A DNA stretch of 64,000 nt from the NCBI GenBank assembly GCA_041690355.1, contig JAWLHK010000002.1, positions 283,082 to 347,081 on the forward strand, given 5' to 3'. Positions 1 through 8,139 of the stretch are shown here, piece after piece (positions within the stretch are counted from its first letter, which is position 1; each line of letters starts with the position of its first letter). The DNA comes from a bacterium. GTDB taxonomy: Bacteria > J088 > JAWLBW01. Both the position numbers and the translations under genes were made by a program. Below the pieces are notes generated by a model. That model ran no database searches. It was not told the DNA's origin and saw only the letters and a program-made list of their open reading frames with translations.

Positions 1-107
1 TCGTTCAGATCGCGCCAGTTCTGCCAGGCCCAGGCGCCCACGAGCGCCGTGCCAATCAGGAGAAATGCCAGGAATAACCCGGCCATGGAGTGCAGGATTT
101 TCTTCAT
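1..107 (-). CDS. membrane protein, N-terminal fragment (gene runs off window start); possibly MltG/YceG-like
   Basis: Reverse strand reads MKKILHSMAGLFLAFLLIGTALVGAWAWQNWRDLNE with one TM helix; ATG at 105-107 overlaps the ruvX stop; the MltG guess rests only on the common ruvX-mltG gene order. Confidence 0.3.
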   Translation of the reverse strand, partial: MKKILHSMAGLFLAFLLIGTALVGAWAWQNWRDLN

Positions 108-517
108 CGGGAGTCTGCGTCGAGGTAATTCTGGAGAATGATGGCGGCCGCGATGCGATCGACGGAACCCTTTTGGCGCCGGACCTTCCGGGGGGCGTCG
201 CGCAGCACCCGGGTGGCCTCGATAGACGAAAAGCGCTCGTCGACGGTTTCGACGGGCAGGCCGAGGGTCGCTCCGATCCGGCCGGCGAGGTCGAGGACGC
301 GCGTGGCCCGCGGTCCTTCGCTGCCGTCCTGATTCAGGGGCAGGCCGACGACCACGCGGCTGATTTCGTGCTCGCGAACCAGGGCGCCGATGCGCGCCAG
401 AAGGTCGCGATCGCCGGTGATTTCGAGCGTGCCCACGGGTTGGGCGGTAAGCCCCAGACTGTCGCTGACGGCAACGCCTACCCGGCGTTCGCCGAGGTCC
501 AGTCCGAGAATCCGCAT
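104..517 (-). CDS. ruvX: Holliday junction resolvase-like protein RuvX/YqgF
   Basis: Translation MRILGLDLGERRVGVAVSD... matches the YqgF/RuvX N-terminal signature; start taken at the internal Met (MRILG) rather than the longer ORF start at 544. Confidence 0.85.
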   Translation of the reverse strand: MRILGLDLGERRVGVAVSDSLGLTAQPVGTLEITGDRDLLARIGALVREHEISRVVVGLPLNQDGSEGPRATRVLDLAGRIGATLGLPVETVDERFSSIEATRVLRDAPRKVRRQKGSVDRIAAAIILQNYLDADSR

Positions 518-565
518 GGCGGTTATTATATCCGCGCCGACCAACGGGCGCGACCCCCCACATCA

Positions 566-745
566 AGTTACGAGTTACGAGTGACGAGTGAACGAGTGAC
601 GAACACCTTACCGTTCGCCTCGAGCTTACGGACGAAGGCAGAGCCGGAGTCGACAGCGAGAGGTTGCGCAAACTGACGATTGACGATTTGGCGGAACGCG
701 CCCGCTGGCCCCCGTCCCTTGCTTCCTTGGCGCTCGGCGCTTGTC
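566..745. repeat. mosaic intergenic element, reverse orientation (TCACTCG array 566-605, AATCGTC units 675-688, AGCGCCG module 725-745)
   Basis: Tandem 7-bp units cgagtta/cgagtga, gacgatt x2 and ccttggcgctcggcgcttg; the reverse complement of 601-688 aligns with 10563-10650 with few mismatches. Confidence 0.8.
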
Positions 746-811
746 TTGTCCCCCGGCGGCGTTTGACGCTTGGCCGGCGTTCAGTGAGCAGCGGGTTTCT
801 CGTCTCGTGCG

Positions 812-835
812 TTGAAAGGGGGGGCATGGTAGAAT
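812..835 (+). promoter_or_regulatory. putative typA promoter with extended -10 (TGgTAGAAT) and weak TTGAAA -35
   Basis: ttgaaa at 812-817, TG at 827-828, tagaat at 830-835; the 11-mer catggtagaat is repeated upstream of rimP. Confidence 0.35.
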
Positions 836-887
836 ATTAGACTTTACATTCGTCTCCGGAGGAGAACCGGAGGACAGGAAAGATTTT

Positions 888-2717
<1,830 letters not shown>

Positions 2718-2718
2718 A

Positions 2719-2830
2719 TTTACGATTGACGATTGACGATTGACAATTTTCGGAACGAACCCTGGCATGCTGCCCGTTCTTGCGGGAGCCGGTCAAATCG
2801 TCAATTGTAAATTGTAAATCGTCAATTTCC
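2719..2830. repeat. inverted pair of AATCGTC-type heptamer arrays (2719-2750 and 2794-2830) flanking a 43-bp core
   Basis: Arm 1 tttacgattgacgattgacgattgacaatttt, arm 2 caaatcgtcaattgtaaattgtaaatcgtcaatttcc; arms pair unit by unit with a few mismatches; begins 2 bp after the typA stop. Confidence 0.8.
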
Positions 2831-2862
2831 TCTGCCCGATAACTGCGGGCCAGGAGCACGAC

Positions 2863-4473
2863 ATGAAACTCTATCTGCCGGAACTGCGGCTGCGGATTGA
2901 AGAGTCCGCTGAGTTGCTGCGCGAGCGGGCCGCAGGGCAGCTGCAGATCGCACCCGACGCCATCCGGAAGCTCGACATCCGCCGGCGCTCGCTCGATACC
3001 CGGCAGCGCGACGTCATCTGGAGCGTCTACGGCCTCGAGCTCGAAGTCGACCCCGCGGCCGTGGCGCCCGACACGGGCCGGCGCTTTTCGCAGATCCCCA
3101 AGCGGGCGCTTCCGGCGCCGCTCCCCCCGCGGCCTTCGCGGCTTCCCGAACACCCGATCGTCATCGTGGGCGCCGGTCCCGCCGGGCTCTTCTGCGCCCA
3201 GCGGCTGGCCGACGTGGGGGTCCCCTGCGTGCTCGTGGAACGGGGGAAGCCGATCCGCCGGCGCGCCCAGGATACCAAGCGGTTCAAGAAGAGCGGCGAG
3301 CTGAACCCCGAGAGCAACATCCAGTTCGGCGAGGGCGGAGCCGGAACCTACAGCGACGGCAAGCTGACCTACCGCACCGACGACCCGCTGTCGGCCTGGG
3401 TGCTCGAGACCTTCATCCGCTACGGGGCCGACCCGGAGATCCGCTATCTGAACCGCCCCCACATCGGCACCGAACACCTTCGCGCCTGCATCGTGCGCAT
3501 GAGCGAGGGGCTGTCGGCACAGGGGGTCGCCTTTCGCTTCGATTCCCGGTTGGAACATCTGGTCATCGAAGAGCAGGGGAACCGGAAAGTACTGCGCGCC
3601 GCGCGGCTGACCGACGGCGAGATTCCCGCGGAAAAGCTGGTGCTCGGCATCGGCCACTCCGCACGGGATACGTTTCTCGCGCTGCAGGCCGACGGGGTCC
3701 CCTTCGTCGCCAAGCCGTTCGCCGTGGGGGTGCGCGCGGAACATCCGCAATTGCTCGTGGACCAGAGCCAGTACGGCCGGCATGCCGATAATCCTGCGCT
3801 GCCGCGGGCGAGCTACGCCCTGTCGCAGCAGGTGCGCACCGACGCAGAGCGGGGCGTCTATTCCTTCTGCATGTGTCCGGGCGGCGAGACGATGGCTTGC
3901 TCGAGCGAGTTCGGTGGCGTCGTCACGAACGGCATGAGCTACTCCGTGCAGCGCAGCGGCGTGGCCAGCTCGGGGCTCGTGGTCAGCGTGAATCCGCCGG
4001 ACTGCGGCGACCCGGCGGATGCGTTTGCCGGGATGCGCTTTCAGCGTTCCCTCGAAGAAGCGGCCTTCCGTCTCGGCGGCGGAACTTACTTCGCGCCGGC
4101 GCAGGGAATTTCCGATTTCCTGAGTGGCAAGGTTTCCGGTCGTCTTGGCGCGCAGGGAACCACGTACCATCCCGGGGTGACCGAAGCCGATCTGCGTACG
4201 ATCCTTCCGCCGTTCGTCACGGCCGCGCTCGAGCGGGCACTCCCCGCGTTCGAGCGGCGCATCCGCGGGTACACGGGCGAGAGCGGAATCATCGTGGGGG
4301 TCGAGACGCGCACGAGCAGCCCGGTGCGCATCCCCCGCGAAGAGGACCTGCAGGCCACCGGCTGGACCGGCCTGTATCCCGTGGGCGAAGGCGCCGGGTA
4401 TGCGGGCGGCATCGTGAGCGCGGCTGTCGACGGCGTGCGCGCGGCCGACGCGATCCTGAAAGCCCTGGCGTGA
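2863..4473 (+). CDS. FAD-dependent oxidoreductase (uncharacterized FAD-dependent dehydrogenase family)
   Basis: 536 aa; dinucleotide-binding motif IVIVGAGPAGLFCA and GIGHSARD segment typical of this family. Confidence 0.75.
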   Translation: MKLYLPELRLRIEESAELLRERAAGQLQIAPDAIRKLDIRRRSLDTRQRDVIWSVYGLELEVDPAAVAPDTGRRFSQIPKRALPAPLPPRPSRLPEHPIVIVGAGPAGLFCAQRLADVGVPCVLVERGKPIRRRAQDTKRFKKSGELNPESNIQFGEGGAGTYSDGKLTYRTDDPLSAWVLETFIRYGADPEIRYLNRPHIGTEHLRACIVRMSEGLSAQGVAFRFDSRLEHLVIEEQGNRKVLRAARLTDGEIPAEKLVLGIGHSARDTFLALQADGVPFVAKPFAVGVRAEHPQLLVDQSQYGRHADNPALPRASYALSQQVRTDAERGVYSFCMCPGGETMACSSEFGGVVTNGMSYSVQRSGVASSGLVVSVNPPDCGDPADAFAGMRFQRSLEEAAFRLGGGTYFAPAQGISDFLSGKVSGRLGAQGTTYHPGVTEADLRTILPPFVTAALERALPAFERRIRGYTGESGIIVGVETRTSSPVRIPREEDLQATGWTGLYPVGEGAGYAGGIVSAAVDGVRAADAILKALA

Positions 4474-4493
4474 GGCGGGCTGCACAGCCGCGC

Positions 4494-4710
4494 ATTCCTG
4501 ATTCCTGATTCCTGATTCTTGATTCTTGACTCCTTGAGCCGGAAGGTGAAGCGCCGAGCGCCGAGCGCTAAGCACCGAGGAAGGGCAAAGGTTTCATCGT
4601 CCTTGTCTGAAATCGTCAATTGTAAATCGTCAATCGTCAATTCCCGTGACTTGACGCGCGCCCGCCGACTCTATATTTTGACTCTTGACCCCTGACTCTC
4701 GACTCGCGAC
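4494..4710. repeat. mosaic intergenic element (ATTCCTG array 4494-4537, AGCGCCG module 4548-4580, AATCGTC array 4610-4645, GACTCTT-like array 4668-4710)
   Basis: Four distinct tandem heptamer arrays in a row between the FAD gene stop and the sterol-desaturase-family start. Confidence 0.8.
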
Positions 4711-4718
4711 GAAGAACC

Positions 4719-5594
4719 ATGCCCGACATCATCCTCTATGCCATTCCGTTCTTTCTGGGAACGGTGATTCTTGAAGCGGTCGTTTCGTCCTGGCTCAAGG
4801 TGAAGGACGTGAAGGGGTTCGAGAAGAAAGACACCTTCGCGAGCCTCGGCATGGGCATCGGCAACGTGCTCGTGAACCTGATGGTCAAGGGGGGCGTGTT
4901 CGCGAGCTTCACGTTCCTCCATCAGTTCCGCCTGTTCGACATCGGGACTGTCTGGTGGGCGTGGGTGCTGCTGCTGTTCGGCGAAGACCTCTGCTACTAC
5001 GCCTTTCACCGCGCGAGCCATGAGGTGCGCTTTCTCTGGGCGGCGCACGTCAATCACCACTCGAGCGAGCACTACAATTTGTCGACGGCGCTGCGCCAGT
5101 CGTGGACGACGCCGCTGACGAGCTTCTGGTTCTGGCTGCCGCTGCCGCTCCTCGGTTTCGAGCCGTGGATGATCGTGACCCAGCAGTCGATCAGCCTGCT
5201 CTATCAGTACTGGATTCACACCGAGTGGATCAAGAAGCTGCCGTTCGGTCTCGAAGGGGTGCTCAATTCTCCCTCGCACCACCGCGTGCACCACGGGTCG
5301 AACGCAGCGTATCTGGACCGCAACCACGGCGGCATCCTGATCATCTGGGATCGCCTCTTCGGCACCTTCGCGCCCGAGCGCGAGAAGGTCGTCTACGGAC
5401 TGACGAAGAACATCCACACGTTCAACCTCGTGAAGATTGCCTTTCACGAGTGGGCCGCGCTGCTCAAGGACATGGCGCGTCCGAATCCGTTGTGGGTGCG
5501 GCTGCAGTATGCCCTGCGTCCGCCCGGATGGAGCCCCGACGGCTCGACCCTGACCTCGGATCAGCTTCGCGCGACGCAGCAGGCGCAGGCGTAA
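4719..5594 (+). CDS. fatty acid hydroxylase / sterol desaturase family membrane protein
   Basis: 291 aa; histidine boxes HRASH, HVNHH and HHRVHH in a multi-TM protein. Confidence 0.85.
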   Translation: MPDIILYAIPFFLGTVILEAVVSSWLKVKDVKGFEKKDTFASLGMGIGNVLVNLMVKGGVFASFTFLHQFRLFDIGTVWWAWVLLLFGEDLCYYAFHRASHEVRFLWAAHVNHHSSEHYNLSTALRQSWTTPLTSFWFWLPLPLLGFEPWMIVTQQSISLLYQYWIHTEWIKKLPFGLEGVLNSPSHHRVHHGSNAAYLDRNHGGILIIWDRLFGTFAPEREKVVYGLTKNIHTFNLVKIAFHEWAALLKDMARPNPLWVRLQYALRPPGWSPDGSTLTSDQLRATQQAQA

Positions 5595-5645
5595 GTTAGC
5601 AATCGCTACCTGCGATAGTTCTCCTCTCGCATCGCCGCCGGCTAT

Positions 5646-5864
5646 TTAACCGGGATGTTTCCGGTCAGTCGCTCTGGAAGCTTCGTATCCTTCAAGTTCC
5701 GCTCGCCATTCTCCGGTCAGAAACTTTTCGGTCATGGCCTCGCGCCGCTTCAGCATGAGCGCTTCGGAGAGCAGCTTCCGAATCGCCGGGCCTTTCTTCT
5801 TTTCACCCGTTAACTCGCAGATTTCCCTGACTTCTTCGTCAGCGATTTCAAATGCGATCCTCAT
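5646..5864 (-). CDS. solo antitoxin-like small protein (VapB/DUF2191-like)
   Basis: 72 aa, MRIAFEIADEEVREICELTGEKKKGPAIRKLLSEAL..., resembling VapB-type antitoxins; the 251-aa ORF on the track is judged an overextension across DoxX; region looks lower in GC than its surroundings. Confidence 0.45.
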   Translation of the reverse strand: MRIAFEIADEEVREICELTGEKKKGPAIRKLLSEALMLKRREAMTEKFLTGEWRAELEGYEASRATDRKHPG

Positions 5865-5933
5865 ATTTCTGAGTTTCCCACAGGGCAATGGCAACAAGCA
5901 ACGCCCGAGGTTGCGGCAGTACGGACGTCTCGT

Positions 5934-6404
5934 TTGTATACTGTATGCATGCAGAATCTCACGCGTTTTCTCTATTCTCCCGTCGAGTCGACATCCGTCT
6001 CGCTCGGGCTGCTCGCGCTTCGCGTGGGCACCGGGTTGTTCATGTTCTTCTTCCACGGTCTGGGCAAGGTACTGAATTATGCGGAACGGGCGCAGACGTT
6101 CAAGGACCCACTCGGCGTGGGGAGCGAGATCAGTCTGCTGCTCGCCATTTTCGCCGAGGTCGTCTGCGCGCTCGTGATCGTGCTTGGGCTGGGGACGCGG
6201 CTGGCGGCCATTCCGCTCGTGATCACGATGCTCGTGGCCGCGGGCATCGTGCACATTACCGACCCGTGGGCGAAGCAGGAGTTCGCGCTGCTCTACGCGA
6301 TCCCCTTCTTCGGGCTGCTGCTGACGGGCGCGGGGAAGTTTTCCCTGGATGCCCGTCTCTTCGGGCGCGCACCCGCTGCGCCGGTTCCGCCGACGGTGCA
6401 CTGA
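5934..6404 (+). CDS. DoxX family membrane protein
   Basis: Multi-TM protein with DoxX-like layout; true start may be the internal ATG at 5949 (MQNLTRF). Confidence 0.75.
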   Translation: MYTVCMQNLTRFLYSPVESTSVSLGLLALRVGTGLFMFFFHGLGKVLNYAERAQTFKDPLGVGSEISLLLAIFAEVVCALVIVLGLGTRLAAIPLVITMLVAAGIVHITDPWAKQEFALLYAIPFFGLLLTGAGKFSLDARLFGRAPAAPVPPTVH

Positions 6405-6484
6405 AACTGGGCCTGCTTCCAGCGCGCTTGCCGAGCAGCCGCTTTCGTGCTTAGCTATGAGCAGCCGGCCTTTCTGAAAAAGCG

Positions 6485-6640
6485 ATGCGGACGCGAACCA
6501 TTTTTATCGTTGCCGCGATTCTTGGCTTCGCTTTCTGGTCAGCCTGGCCTTGGCTGGAAGAGTTTCTGGCGGTTGATCGCTGTCTGGACTCCGGCGGTCG
6601 GTGGTTGGCTGAAGAGTCCCGCTGCGAGGATGGGTTGTGA
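6485..6640 (+). CDS. small hypothetical membrane/secreted protein (51 aa)
   Basis: Read by eye (below the track length cutoff): MRTRTIFIVAAILGFAFWSAWPWLEEFLAVDRCLDSGGRWLAEESRCEDGL; stop overlaps the GTG start of the next gene (GTGA). Confidence 0.3.
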   Translation: MRTRTIFIVAAILGFAFWSAWPWLEEFLAVDRCLDSGGRWLAEESRCEDGL

Positions 6641-7020
6641 AACGCATTTTACTCGGTCTCTTCGTTGGCGTTGCTGCCGTGATTGCCGGAAGAGCGGGTC
6701 TCGACTTGGTGCGGCCACGTCATCTGGTCATCGTCCTGAACGAAACCGGCCAGAACCTTCGCTCGTTCGGGATTGGCGTACGGGAACCCAAGGTGTTTGC
6801 GGAGGTGCCCGCGGGTGCGGTTCGATTCTTCGAGTTTCGTGATGTCAGCCATGCCGCCTACGTCTTTTCGCTGCCGAACGCATCCGGAGTCCGGGAGCCT
6901 GCCGGCAGCTGCGGATACACGGGAGCGGGTGTCAACCGGTATATCGTTCGGCTGAAGGAGTTCCCCGTTGAGGACAGGCACTGCGCTCCCGGACACCCAA
7001 CGAACAGGGGAATGGAATGA
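6637..7020 (+). CDS. hypothetical secreted protein
   Basis: 127 aa with N-terminal hydrophobic segment; GTG start; coupled to both neighbouring genes by 4-bp overlaps. Confidence 0.4.
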   Translation: MKRILLGLFVGVAAVIAGRAGLDLVRPRHLVIVLNETGQNLRSFGIGVREPKVFAEVPAGAVRFFEFRDVSHAAYVFSLPNASGVREPAGSCGYTGAGVNRYIVRLKEFPVEDRHCAPGHPTNRGME

Positions 7021-7424
7021 CGAACCCTCTGGTGGGTGGGCGGGTTCCATCCGGCCGGTGGATTGTGCTCGCTCGACGCGCGGGTGCCCTGGCGATCGAC
7101 GGATGCGTCGCGCTCTTCCTCGGTGTCGCGGGCGCGCTGCTCGGCGAAGCGATGGAGCTCCTCCACGGCGCCCGTCCATTCATGCCCGGCGCCGCCGTCG
7201 CGGCTTTTCTGGTCCTTCGAACGGCCGATCTCTCCCTTGGATATCGCGTGTTCGGTCTCAGCGCCGCCAACACATCCCTCGTTAAGAATCTCATTCGTGC
7301 CGTCGCGGTTCTCGTACCCGGGTATAACGTATTTGACGGGGTCCACGCCCTCTTGGTTTCAAATCAGCAGACGTTTACGGACAGCAGACTTGCCGTCAAG
7401 GTGGTTGAGGCACGGCTTCGTTGA
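7017..7424 (+). CDS. hypothetical membrane protein, tentatively RDD-family-like
   Basis: 135 aa; hydrophobic segments with R...D and TFTDSRLAVKVV motifs loosely resembling RDD proteins. Confidence 0.4.
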   Translation: MTNPLVGGRVPSGRWIVLARRAGALAIDGCVALFLGVAGALLGEAMELLHGARPFMPGAAVAAFLVLRTADLSLGYRVFGLSAANTSLVKNLIRAVAVLVPGYNVFDGVHALLVSNQQTFTDSRLAVKVVEARLR

Positions 7425-7447
7425 GGGAAGGCCAATTGTTTGAAGTA

Positions 7448-7476
7448 TTGACAGCAGTGATATCAATGCCTACAAT
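7448..7476 (+). promoter_or_regulatory. sigma70-type promoter of the toxin-antitoxin operon (TTGACA-17-TACAAT)
   Basis: ttgaca at 7448-7453, 17-bp spacer with palindrome tgatatca, tacaat at 7471-7476; the antitoxin ATG at 7483 sits about where transcription would start. Confidence 0.55.
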
Positions 7477-7482
7477 GACGAC

Positions 7483-7734
7483 ATGGCGACACTGAACGTG
7501 AGAAACCTTCCGGACGATGTTCATGCCCGTCTCCGCATTCGCGCGGCCAAGGCCGGCCGCAGCATGGAGGCCGAGGCACGGGCCATTCTCGAATCCGCGT
7601 GTCGCGACGAAACCGCAGCTGAAAAGGAGTCCGATCTCCAGGCGTGGGTCGATAAGCTCTATTCGGGTCGGAAACCAAAACGCGTCGTCGAGTCGCTGAT
7701 CCGTGAACGTCGTCTCGCGGCAAAGCGCGAGTGA
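7483..7734 (+). CDS. type II antitoxin, ribbon-helix-helix (FitA/VapB-like)
   Basis: 83 aa; MATLNVRNLPDDVHARLRIRAAKAGRSMEAEARAIL is typical of FitA/VapB antitoxins; stop overlaps the toxin start. Confidence 0.8.
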   Translation: MATLNVRNLPDDVHARLRIRAAKAGRSMEAEARAILESACRDETAAEKESDLQAWVDKLYSGRKPKRVVESLIRERRLAAKRE

Positions 7735-8105
7735 TTGCACTCGATGCATCGGCGCTGCTGGCGTACCTTTTCCGTGAGCGTGGCCACGAGGAGGTAGCCC
7801 CGCTTCTTGACGAGGCATGTATATCGACGGTGAATTACGCGGAGGTACTTTCCCGATTTGTGCGGGATGGCATCGATATTCTGGACCTCACCGGGCCTCT
7901 GAGCCGTCAGCTTGAAGTGGTACCCTTTGACGAATCACAAGCCGTACGTGCCGCCACTTTGCTCCCTTTTTGTGCGCCGCTGGGCCTATCGCTGGCCGAC
8001 AGGGCCTGTCTTGCCCTTGCTGCGGTCCGGAGTATACCCGTCTACACGGCTGACCGGGTCTGGGCGAAGCTCGACATCGGGATAGACATCCGTTTGATAC
8101 GCTGA
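7731..8105 (+). CDS. vapC: type II toxin VapC (PIN-domain ribonuclease)
   Basis: 124 aa; PIN acidic residues (IALDAS, LSLADRA, YTADR); GTG start overlapping the antitoxin stop. Confidence 0.85.
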   Translation: MIALDASALLAYLFRERGHEEVAPLLDEACISTVNYAEVLSRFVRDGIDILDLTGPLSRQLEVVPFDESQAVRAATLLPFCAPLGLSLADRACLALAAVRSIPVYTADRVWAKLDIGIDIRLIR

Positions 8106-8139
8106 CGGACCCTTCTGTCCGCCATCGGCCATCGGGCAT

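Noticed and set aside
5646-6401. 251-aa minus-strand ORF
   Set aside because: Only the last 72 codons look protein-like; the upstream part is antisense to the DoxX gene and extremely Arg/Glu/His-rich, so the gene was trimmed to 5646..5864.
6447-6842. 131-aa ORF in the small-gene region
   Set aside because: Cys/Arg/Trp-rich unlikely translation; the overlapping-gene trio in the other frames, with signal-like N-termini and coupled starts, explains the region better.
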